This document shows, piece by piece, positions 18,825 to 27,700 of a DNA stretch of 64,000 nt. Location: assembly GCA_017613275.1 (NCBI GenBank), contig JAGAED010000006.1:24841-88840 (forward strand), written 5' to 3'. A model generated the notes under the pieces. The model saw nothing but the letters and a program-made list of their open reading frames with translations. It was not told the origin of the DNA and did not search any database. This DNA is from Clostridia bacterium. GTDB lineage: Bacteria; Bacillota; Clostridia; TANB77; CAG-508. Positions within the stretch are counted from its first letter, which is position 1; the number at the start of each line of letters is the position of its first letter. The position numbers were made by a program, and so were the translations under genes.

Positions 18825-18855
18825 AAATTCTTGGCTTAACCGAGAATTTTTTTTA
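18825..18855 (+). terminator. Rho-independent terminator of spoIIE
   Basis: ATTCTTGG-cttaa-CCGAGAAT hairpin followed by T8. Confidence 0.75.
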
Positions 18856-18861
18856 AAACAC

Positions 18862-18890
18862 TTGCAAAATAATAATTTTTAGTCTAAAAT
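18862..18890 (+). promoter_or_regulatory. Putative promoter of topA (TTGCAA-17-TAAAAT)
   Basis: Hexamers at 18862-18867 and 18885-18890, 17-nt spacer. Confidence 0.45.
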
Positions 18891-18967
18891 ACTATATGCA
18901 AACTTAAATAGCAGAAATATTTAAGAAAGGAGCCGTTTATCTTACGGCAATAGGTAATTTAGAATAT

Positions 18968-21037
18968 ATGGCAGATAAATTAGTAATAGTGGAATCTCCT
19001 GCTAAGGCGAATACAATAAAAAAATTCTTAGGTGGAAGTACAAAAGTTATGGCTTCTATGGGACATATAAGGGATTTGCCAAAGTCAAAATTAGGAGTAG
19101 ATGTTGAGCATAATTTTGAACCAGAATATATAAACATTAGGGGTAAAGGCGATTTAATAAAATCTCTAAAAAAAGAAGCAAAAGCAGCTAAGAAAATTTA
19201 TATCGCAACCGACCCTGACCGTGAGGGGGAAGCAATTGCTTGGCATTTGGCCTTCATTTTAAAAGATGAAGAAAAGAAAATTTGCAGAGTTACTTTTAAC
19301 GAAATAACTAAACCTGCAGTAAATAAGGCAATTAAAGAACCAAGAGAAATTGATATAAATACTGTTGATGCACAACAAGCAAGAAGAGTCTTAGATAGAA
19401 TTGTTGGCTACAAAATGAGCCCTGTTCTTTGGAAAAAGGTAAAAAGAGGCTTATCTGCAGGACGTGTACAATCTGTTGCAGTAAAATTAATTGTAGATAG
19501 AGAAAACGAAATAGAACAGTTTATTCCAGAAGAATATTGGAATTTATATGCAGATTTAAAGGATGCAAAATCTAAAAAAACATTTGAAGCAAAGTTTTAT
19601 GGAAAAAATGGCAAAAAACAAGAAGTTCACTCACAAGAAGAAGTTGACAAGATTTTAAGTGACTTAGATGGTGCAAAATATATTATTGATGAAATTAAAA
19701 AAGGTGAGAAGAAAAGAACTCCAGCACCACCATTTACAACAAGTACAATGCAACAAGAGGCCTCAAGAAAGCTAGGATTCACCTTAAAGAAAACAATGTC
19801 AGTTGCTCAAGGATTGTATGAAGGTGTAAAAATACCTGAACATGGAACTGTAGGTCTTATTACTTACATGAGAACAGATTCAACTAGAATCTCAGAGGTT
19901 GCAAGGGCTGCAGCAAAAACTCATATAGAAAGCACATATGGAGAAAAATACTACGAAAACAGATATTACAGAACTAATAAAGATGCTCAAGACGCGCACG
20001 AGGCAATTAGACCAACTTATGTAGATATAGAACCAGAATCAATTAAGGAAAGTTTAACAAAAGATCAATACAAATTATATAAATTGATTTACAATAGATT
20101 TATTGCAAGCCAAATGAGCCAAGCTGTTTATGACACAATGCAAGTAAATATTAAGGCAAACGATTATGATTTCAAGGCAAACGGCCAAACATTGAAATTT
20201 AAAGGATTTATGGTTTTATATGTTGAAGGTACAGATTCAAAAGAACAAGAAGAAGATGGAACTTTACCAGATTTAGAGGAAAAACAAGAAGTTAAACTTG
20301 TAAAATTAAATCCTAAACAAAGCTTTACTGAACCACCTGCAAGATATACAGAAGCAAGCTTAGTAAAAACTTTGGAGGAAAAAGGAATTGGAAGACCATC
20401 AACATATTCTCCAACAATTACAACTATTTTGGAGAGAAGATATATTCAAAAAGAACAAAAACAATTAGTTCCAACAGAACTTGGAAAGATAGTAAATAAG
20501 CTACTTACAGAGAATTTTGCAGACGTTGTAAATGTCGAATTTACAGCCAAAGTTGAAAGCGAATTTGACGAGATTTCTGAAGGGAAAATTAATTGGAAAA
20601 AGATGATAGAGGAATTCTATGGACCATTTTCAGTTCAAATTGAGAAGGTTGAAAAAGAACTTGAACATGTAGAATTGGTTGACGAAGTTTCAGACGTGCA
20701 ATGTGAAAAATGCGGAAGAATGATGGTTTACAAATTTGGTAGATATGGAAAATTCTTGGCTTGCCCAGGTTACCCAGAATGTCAAAACGCAAAACCAATA
20801 ATTGAAACAATAGATGTGCCATGCCCAAAATGTGGAGGAACTGTGCAAATAAGAAAGACAAAACGTGGTAAAAAATATTTTATTTGCGAAAACAATCCTA
20901 GCACATGTGATTACATATCTTGGAACAAACCAAAACCAGGAGAAAAGTGGAATCCAGAAGAGGCTGCACAAATTGAAACAAAACCAAAAACTAAAAAGAA
21001 GGCTACAAAAAGAAAAACAACTAAAAAGAAAAAATAA
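18968..21037 (+). CDS. topA: DNA topoisomerase I
   Basis: TOPRIM N-terminus (LVIVESPAKA), active-site region GLITYMRTDS, C-terminal Cys4 zinc ribbons, Lys-rich tail. Confidence 0.96.
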   Translation: MADKLVIVESPAKANTIKKFLGGSTKVMASMGHIRDLPKSKLGVDVEHNFEPEYINIRGKGDLIKSLKKEAKAAKKIYIATDPDREGEAIAWHLAFILKDEEKKICRVTFNEITKPAVNKAIKEPREIDINTVDAQQARRVLDRIVGYKMSPVLWKKVKRGLSAGRVQSVAVKLIVDRENEIEQFIPEEYWNLYADLKDAKSKKTFEAKFYGKNGKKQEVHSQEEVDKILSDLDGAKYIIDEIKKGEKKRTPAPPFTTSTMQQEASRKLGFTLKKTMSVAQGLYEGVKIPEHGTVGLITYMRTDSTRISEVARAAAKTHIESTYGEKYYENRYYRTNKDAQDAHEAIRPTYVDIEPESIKESLTKDQYKLYKLIYNRFIASQMSQAVYDTMQVNIKANDYDFKANGQTLKFKGFMVLYVEGTDSKEQEEDGTLPDLEEKQEVKLVKLNPKQSFTEPPARYTEASLVKTLEEKGIGRPSTYSPTITTILERRYIQKEQKQLVPTELGKIVNKLLTENFADVVNVEFTAKVESEFDEISEGKINWKKMIEEFYGPFSVQIEKVEKELEHVELVDEVSDVQCEKCGRMMVYKFGRYGKFLACPGYPECQNAKPIIETIDVPCPKCGGTVQIRKTKRGKKYFICENNPSTCDYISWNKPKPGEKWNPEEAAQIETKPKTKKKATKRKTTKKKK

Positions 21038-21051
21038 TGAAGTTCGTGAAA

Positions 21052-21109
21052 AATTTCAGTTAACATTTTGAAAGTGTCCCAAAATGTTAACTGAAATTGA
21101 TTTTTTTTT
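21052..21109 (+). terminator. Terminator of topA; unrelated 18-bp stem but PAL-type loop (GAAAGTGTCCC)
   Basis: AATTTCAGTTAACATTTT / AAAATGTTAACTGAAATT perfect arms, then GATTTTTTTTT. Confidence 0.85.
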
Positions 21110-21121
21110 CTTAAATTTAGC

Positions 21122-21150
21122 TTGACAAAGTTAAGAAAATTTGGTATTAT
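21122..21150 (+). promoter_or_regulatory. Putative tRNA promoter (TTGACA-17-TGgTATTAT)
   Basis: Consensus -35 at 21122-21127; extended -10 ending at 21150; about 35 nt upstream of tRNA-Gly. Confidence 0.6.
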
Positions 21151-21184
21151 TTTAAGTGCTTATTCATATAATTAAATAAAAGAT

Positions 21185-21260
21185 GCGGGAATAGCTCAGT
21201 TGATAGAGCGCTGCCTTGCCAAGGCAGAGGTCGCGGGTTTGAGCCCCGTTTCCCGCTCCA
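21185..21260 (+). tRNA. tRNA-Gly (anticodon GCC), CCA encoded
   Basis: Cloverleaf folded by eye: acceptor GCGGGAA/TTCCCGC, anticodon arm CTGCC-TTGCCAA-GGCAG, T-loop TTTGAGC; 76 nt. Confidence 0.93.
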
Positions 21261-21266
21261 TTTTAT

Positions 21267-21340
21267 GGCGACATAGCCAAGTGGTAAGGCACGAGTCTGC
21301 AAAACTCTGATCCCCGGTTCAAATCCGGGTGTCGCCTCCA
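21267..21340 (+). tRNA. tRNA-Cys (anticodon GCA), CCA encoded
   Basis: Acceptor GGCGACA/TGTCGCC, anticodon loop CTGCAAA, T-arm CCGGG-TTCAAAT-CCGGG; 74 nt. Confidence 0.92.
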
Positions 21341-21357
21341 GAAAAATATAAAAAAAA

Positions 21358-21383
21358 GCATAGCAATAGCTATGCTTTTTTGT
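21358..21383 (+). terminator. Terminator after the tRNA pair
   Basis: AGCATAGC-aata-GCTATGCT followed by TTTTTTG. Confidence 0.75.
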
Positions 21384-21440
21384 TGACTTTTTTACTTCTC
21401 AAAAAACCCAAAAAAACCATAAAAATTTTTTGATTTTTAC

Positions 21441-21469
21441 TTGAAAAATTTACGGAAATAGTATATAGT
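21441..21469 (+). promoter_or_regulatory. Putative promoter of the coiled-coil gene (TTGAAA-17-TATAGT)
   Basis: Hexamers at 21441-21446 and 21464-21469. Confidence 0.35.
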
Positions 21470-21507
21470 GAGAGCGAGAAAAACTATAGAAAAGGAATGT
21501 TGAAGAT

Positions 21508-24423
21508 ATGAATAAAGAAATGATTGAAATACTTGAAATTAAAGAGAATCTTAAGGATTTACAGAAGTCTACAGAGGCAGAAATTGAGAAGATTTCTAAG
21601 AGAGTTAAAGATAGTAAGAATGATAATAATAGATTAATCCAATCTAAATTTGAAGAGATTATGGAGTCATATAGCTATAGTATCAACAACAATCCTAATT
21701 TGGAGAAGTTTTTAAATAAGGATGAGGTTAATGATTTAATTGATAAAAAAATTAAAGATAGTAGCAAAGATGAAGAGATTGATGAATTGACAAGCCTTAT
21801 GGAAGAAATCGCTGATAAGGTTGTTGAGGAAAATAAGAAGTTAAAAGAGAGAATTAAAAATCTTGAACAGTCTGAAAAGTTAGCTGAAGCTCAAAATACG
21901 TTAGAGGATTCTATTGCTACTCTAGAGGGGAAATTCCAAGGAAATAGACTAGATACAACTGAGCAAATTAATTCTATAAAAGAACAATTGGAGATGCTTA
22001 AAGAAAAAGTTTTAAATATACAAGATATAGAAAGTATATTAGAACAAAGAAACGATACAGCTATTGATGAAAAAGAAATACAAGCACTTAAAGATAGATT
22101 TGAAGAACTAAGGGAAACACAAAGAAGTCAAGAGGAAAAACTTGGACAAGTTGAGGGGCTACAATTATACCAAAATGAGAAGCAAAAGGAAAATGAAGAA
22201 ACTAAGTCTAAGATTGATGATATTGAGAAAAAGGTTGAATTGATTGAAAAAAATCAAAAACAAGACTCTGAACAAGTAAATGAATTGAATGAGCAAAACC
22301 TTGCTTATGGAGAAAAAATAGACACTTTAATTAATTTAGTTCAAGAACAGGAAAAACAGCTTGATGCTTATGAAGAAGTGATAAATAGACTTGAAGAAAA
22401 TACTGAGAAGCATGAAGAGAAACTACAAGGAATTGGCTTTGGTTCTGAGGATATTAAGGAACAAATAAAAGCTGAGTATGATAAAAAAATTGCTAATTTT
22501 GAGGACAGACTAAATTTGGCTGAAAAATATCAAAATGACCAAGAAGAAAAGCTACAAAAAACTCAAGATGGAATTCAAGAAGTTCAAGGTAATGTACAAG
22601 AGGTTCAAGAAGGACTTCAAGGCGTTCAAGGCAATGTACAAGAAGTTCAAGGAAATCTTCAAGGAGTTCAAGATAGTGTACAAGAAGTTCAAGAAAATCT
22701 TCAAGGGCTTCAAGATAGTGTACAAGAGGTTCAAACCAATGTACAAGAAGTTGAAACTAGCATAAAAGAAGTTCAAGAATTAGCTGAAAAGCTAGAGGGA
22801 CAAGTTGGCGAAAAAATCGATGAAGTTGATGGAAAAATCAAAAACTTTGATGAAAAATTTGAAAGCTTTGACGAAAGAATTGGAAACTTTGATGAAAAAT
22901 TTGAGGAATTTGCAGAAAAGCAAGAAGAATTTGAAACAAGTTTTGAGAAAAACATTGCAAAGATAAATGAAAAACAACAAAATTATGCGGTAAGCCTAAA
23001 CTACTTGAACAAATGTATAAACGAAGTTAAAGAAGAAAGCAAGACTTCAATTGATGAGACTAATGCAAAGATTGATGAAATCGTAGAAAGTGCAGAAGAA
23101 TATAAGAACTCAATTGAAGAAACAAATGCTAAGATTGAAGAAATTGCACAAGATATTGAAGAATACAAAAGTAGTTTTGATGGATATAATATTGACCAGA
23201 TTCAAGAAAAAATTGAAGAATTGCAAGAAAATATTATAGCTCAAAATGAAAAAGACGGAATTTCTATGGGAGAGCTTGAAGAAAAATACGAACAACTTCA
23301 AGAGATGGTAAACAAACAAGCTGAGAGAATAGAAAAAAATAAAAATAGAGTAAATGAGCAATATGATATAATTAAGAAAATTCCTGAAATTACAAGTGAA
23401 CAAAGTGAAAAAATCAATAACTTAATGGGAAAAATTGATGAACAAAGTGAAAACATTAGAAATCTAGATGAGAAAATTATAGAACAAAACGAGAAAATTG
23501 ATGGTGTTTTAGAAGTTAAAGAAGAAATAGATTCTAGAATGACAGACATCGAAATGACTGTAAATACTGAGCTAGAGGAATTTAAAACAAAAACAGATTT
23601 AATTGACGATATTGCTAAAAAACAAGAAGAGTCAGCAAGAAAAGTTAAAAATCTTGCTATTGCTATGGAAGAAAGATTGGAAGTAGCAGAACAAGGAATA
23701 GAGAATTCAATTAAAGAAGTAGTGGAAGGCTTAGGGATACAGGCACAAATGGAAGAATTGAATACTCAAATTGATGAAAAAATTTCCACATTAAATGAAG
23801 AAATTGTGGAAAAGGTTAACCAAGAAATCGAAAGTGCTAACTTACAAAATAAAGCTGAAAATGATGAGCTAATAGACAGCAAAATTAAGAATATGCAAGC
23901 TAAGGTTAACAAGGTTTTTACAAAGCAATTAGATGATATAACTTCTCAAAACGAAATTAGTTTGAAAGAACAAATAGATAATGTTAAAAAACAAGCTAAT
24001 GAGGCCCTAAATAAGGAACTTGCTAAGATAAAGATGGAAAGCAAAAAAATGATAAATGAAGGTATTGCCAGAATTCAAGTTGAAAATGAGGAAAAACTTT
24101 CTAAACAAATTAAGTCTTTACAAGTTCAATATAGTGGAATTATGGACAAAAAGTTGAAAATAATGCAAGCTGATTATGACAGCAAAATCCAAAAATTAGA
24201 GAAAATGATAGAAAATATGTCAAATGGAGCAAACTCTTCAAATTCAGGCAGAAACAAAATTGCAAGAAGTGGAATCGCAACTCAGGTATTTTCTTATGAA
24301 CCAGTTGATGACTATGAAAATAATATAATGGATTCTGTTAAGGAAACAAACATTAAACAAGCTGCAAAGAAGTACGGAAATGACGATTTCGACGATTCCG
24401 GCATAATAAACTTCTTTGATTAG
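21508..24423 (+). CDS. Large acidic coiled-coil protein (971 aa), function unknown
   Basis: ATG after AAAGGAATG; E/K/Q/I-rich heptad sequence almost throughout; internal tandem repeats; no TM helix or signal peptide seen. Confidence 0.85.
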   Translation: MNKEMIEILEIKENLKDLQKSTEAEIEKISKRVKDSKNDNNRLIQSKFEEIMESYSYSINNNPNLEKFLNKDEVNDLIDKKIKDSSKDEEIDELTSLMEEIADKVVEENKKLKERIKNLEQSEKLAEAQNTLEDSIATLEGKFQGNRLDTTEQINSIKEQLEMLKEKVLNIQDIESILEQRNDTAIDEKEIQALKDRFEELRETQRSQEEKLGQVEGLQLYQNEKQKENEETKSKIDDIEKKVELIEKNQKQDSEQVNELNEQNLAYGEKIDTLINLVQEQEKQLDAYEEVINRLEENTEKHEEKLQGIGFGSEDIKEQIKAEYDKKIANFEDRLNLAEKYQNDQEEKLQKTQDGIQEVQGNVQEVQEGLQGVQGNVQEVQGNLQGVQDSVQEVQENLQGLQDSVQEVQTNVQEVETSIKEVQELAEKLEGQVGEKIDEVDGKIKNFDEKFESFDERIGNFDEKFEEFAEKQEEFETSFEKNIAKINEKQQNYAVSLNYLNKCINEVKEESKTSIDETNAKIDEIVESAEEYKNSIEETNAKIEEIAQDIEEYKSSFDGYNIDQIQEKIEELQENIIAQNEKDGISMGELEEKYEQLQEMVNKQAERIEKNKNRVNEQYDIIKKIPEITSEQSEKINNLMGKIDEQSENIRNLDEKIIEQNEKIDGVLEVKEEIDSRMTDIEMTVNTELEEFKTKTDLIDDIAKKQEESARKVKNLAIAMEERLEVAEQGIENSIKEVVEGLGIQAQMEELNTQIDEKISTLNEEIVEKVNQEIESANLQNKAENDELIDSKIKNMQAKVNKVFTKQLDDITSQNEISLKEQIDNVKKQANEALNKELAKIKMESKKMINEGIARIQVENEEKLSKQIKSLQVQYSGIMDKKLKIMQADYDSKIQKLEKMIENMSNGANSSNSGRNKIARSGIATQVFSYEPVDDYENNIMDSVKETNIKQAAKKYGNDDFDDSGIINFFD
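22570..22762 (+). repeat. About 4.5 tandem copies of a 42-bp (14-aa) unit inside the coiled-coil gene (VQEVQGNLQGVQDS-type)
   Basis: Repeated GTACAAGARGTTCAAG...CTTCAAGG strings; peptide GIQEVQGNVQEVQEGLQGVQGNVQEVQGNLQGVQDSVQEVQENLQGLQDSVQEVQTNVQEVE. Confidence 0.85.
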
Positions 24424-24440
24424 AATAAACACAATAGACT

Positions 24441-24466
24441 ACGCAAGCACGGCTTGCGTGTTTTTT
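24441..24466 (+). terminator. Rho-independent terminator of the coiled-coil gene (near-identical to the rpoC terminator)
   Basis: ACGCAAG-cacgg-CTTGCGT followed by GTTTTTT; CTACGCAAGCACGRCTTGCGTG is shared with 2576-2597. Confidence 0.8.
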
Positions 24467-24590
24467 ATTAGCAATTCTCGTTTAAATGTAACAAAAATGT
24501 AAAATAAACTTAATCTATTCGACAAAAATCGCTAAAATGTGCTTCCCTAAAGGCATATGAGGCGATTTTATTTTTACCAAAATTACTATA

Positions 24591-24619
24591 TTGATTTTGT
24601 ATTTTTTTCTTTATAAAAT
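24591..24619 (+). promoter_or_regulatory. Putative sigmaA-type promoter of giant protein gene 2 (TTGATT-17-TAAAAT)
   Basis: Hexamers at 24591-24596 and 24614-24619; same offset from the GCTTCCCTAR box as the promoter at 2751. Confidence 0.45.
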
Positions 24620-24649
24620 ATAAATAAATAAGCGAATAAATAGCGCTTA

Positions 24650-24687
24650 AAAAACCTAGTTTTTGGGGAGTGTCCCCAAAAGTCGGG
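24650..24687 (-). repeat. PAL palindrome family, inverted degenerate copy in the leader of giant gene 2
   Basis: AAAAACCTAGTTTTTGGGGAGTGTCCCCAAAAGTCGGG; same CCTAG / AAAAGTC variant as the copy at 2613. Confidence 0.7.
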
Positions 24688-24711
24688 AATAAATACAAAG
24701 GAGAGAACAAA

Positions 24712-27700
24712 ATGCAAAAGTTGAAGGGAAAAGGAAAACAAATTATTTTCGCTGTAGCTGCCATTTTACTTGTAATGGGAGTTGTTTGTGGCGTTGTTTT
24801 GAACAATAACACACAACATGTTTCTAAAGAGATTCCAATCAAGGTTAAAGTGCTTGGAATATCTGAATCTGCTACAAGCGAAAGCCTAGTAAATGGCGAT
24901 AATTCTGAAGAAGGGGAGAAAACAGGTACTACCGAAGTTTCGCGAATTGGTGCAATCGAGCCTGAGAAGGCTGATGTAACAGTTGGTGATTTGAATTATG
25001 CAAATAAAGATAATACCATAAGGCTTGAGCTTGATGGTACTGATAATTTTAAAGTGCAAAATTCGACACTAACTATTGACCAAATCGTTGTTAAGGTTAA
25101 TGGAACACAAGTAAATGCTACAAAGAGTTTTGAAAGTGGTCCAGAAGAGTTAAATGATGGCCAAAACGGTAAGAAATACGTACTTGCTTTAACAAATGTT
25201 ACAGGTGATGGAGTTCTTTCTATCGTTATCCCAGCAAATACTTTAACTGACGAAGCAGGTAATACAAATGATGAGATAACTTCAACTTTTGATACTCAAG
25301 TAATTATAGATAATACAGCTCCGACTAAACCAACATGGAATGCATATTTTGTAGATGGTAGTGGAGCATACACAAGTGGTAATTGGACTGCAAAAGAGGT
25401 TAGAACAGCTGTATCTGCAGTAGATATGGGCTCTGGTGTTGAAAAAATCCAATATAGTGTAAATGATGGAACATGGACAGATTGTTCTTTAGCAATAACA
25501 GCAGTTGCTAATGGAATTTTTTCAAGTGGAGATACTTGGACATTTGAAACTGGCAAGAATGACAATATTAGGTTCAGAGCAATAGACTATGTTGGAAATG
25601 TTTCATCAATTTCAGACATCTTCAATGTCAAATATGACAACACAGCCCCAACACTTTCATTAAGCTTAAATCCACTAGGATATGCAGAAGCAATTGATAT
25701 AAATGTAACATCAAGTGATACATACAGTTCAATTGCAACAACAAAATATGCAAAGGGAAACCATGATGTGGCGTATTTTGTAAGCAACGGAGACAATGTT
25801 GCAAACAACACATGTACAGTAACAGAGAATGGAACATACACAGTGTATGTTGAAGACGAAGCCGGAAATGGAGCAGTTGCAACAATAGTAGTAGACAAAA
25901 TTGACAAAACAGCACCAGTAATTGAAGCAAATAATGTATTTAATGGAACAAGTATAAGCTTTACAGCAAAAGATATTGTACCAGATTCAAACGAAGCTCC
26001 ATCAGGAGTAGTAGGATATCAAATAACAAATTCTAGCACAGCTCCAACAAGTGGTTGGACAAATCTAGAGGTACCAGCAGTTGAAACAGTAGATGGAAAG
26101 CAACAAACTTCTAAAGCAGTAACTATTTCAAATTCTGGTTTATCAGCTGGAACATATTATATTTGGGTAATAGATGCTGTAGGACATAAAACAAGCAAAG
26201 AAATTTCAGTTGCATATAACGTAACTTTTGATTATCAAGATGAGGGAACATATTCAAAGGATTTCTTAGATACAGGTTATACAATTGACTGGAGCAAAAG
26301 CTTTAGAGTAGAAGAAACATTTAGAGTTGGAGCATTGGGAAAAGACTATTTATTATTTGGAAACTATCCAACAAAAGGAACATTAAATATAGAAGTAGCT
26401 AGCGATAATAAAATTAGAGTTTACATTACAGATTCAAGTACAAATACAGCAATTAGTGATGTAAAATCTAGTGCAACTATTGCTAATAACGAGGACATTT
26501 CTTTAGTATTTGAATGGAATTCATTAACTAAAAAGTATAGTGTAACAGCTATTGGAACTACAACAAATATTACAATGAATAGTGACACAATAAATATAAC
26601 AAGAACAGCAGAAAACACATCGAGAGTAGGTCAAGACCACAGAGATACAACATACGAAACTTTCAAAAAAATAAGTATTAAGGCATTTAAAATTATCGAG
26701 AATGTACCAAACGTTGCAGGAATAGGAACATTCCCAACAGTTGGAAAAACAGGTTATACATATAATGGATGGTTTACTCAAGCAACAGGTGGAACACAAA
26801 AAACAAGTTTTGCGGATTTAACAACAAACGAAACATTATATGCACAAAAAACAGCTAATACATATTCAGTACAATATAATGGAAATAATAGTACATCTGG
26901 AAGTATGAGCAATAGCTCTCATACTTATGATGTGGCTAAGAACTTAACAGCTAATGCTTTTGGAAGACAATATACAGTAACATATAACCATAATTACCAA
27001 GGCAGTGTTAACGAAAACAAAACAGGAACATATTCTTTTAGTGGATGGGCAACATCAGCTAACGGATTAAAAACTTATGATGATGGACAAAGTGTAACAA
27101 ATTTAAGCAGTACAAATAATGATACAGTAAATCTTTATGCTGTATGGACAGGTGGAAGCATTGACTATACACCAACAAGAACTGATTACTCATTTGGTGG
27201 TTGGTATACAAATTCTGATTGTACAGGAACAAGAGTAGATACAGATGGAGTTTATACTCCAACTGCAAATACAACTTTATATGCTAAATGGATGGATCAA
27301 AATATACCTGTGTTAACTATAGAAGGTGGAATAACAGATAAGGTAACAGCAACAACTGGTCAAGTTGTAACATTAAAAGCACATGATAATGATGGAATTA
27401 CAGCTTATTATTGGGGAACTACAGAGCCAACACAATTATCAGATATAACAAACGGATCACTTTCTAACTTAGCAGCAATACAAGGGGAATCAGGATTAAA
27501 CCAAACAATAAATTCAACAGGAACATATTGGTTTGCATGTAGGGATATAACAGGAAACTGGGATAAAAAGTCAATAACAATAATTAGTTATACAGTAGAT
27601 AATTTAATAGAGAACATAGACGGTGCAGGCGATACATATACAAATGCAAATTATACAAGTGCAATTAATAAAACATATATAATAAAAGATGGAACAAGTT

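Noticed and set aside
22535-22980. Lys/Phe-rich + strand ORF (22535-22765) and antisense ORFs (22552-22776, 22773-22955, 22792-22980) over the 42-bp repeat region
   Set aside because: These are frame-shifted or antisense readings of the tandem repeat in the coiled-coil gene. Their periodic sequence simply mirrors the repeat, and no start signals are present.
24510-24842. 110-aa minus-strand ORF across the giant gene 2 control region (and the similar 2618-2821 ORF at giant gene 1)
   Set aside because: It spans a promoter, a repeat and the start of the giant CDS, has no SD, and has a hydrophobic low-complexity sequence. It is better explained as non-coding regulatory DNA.
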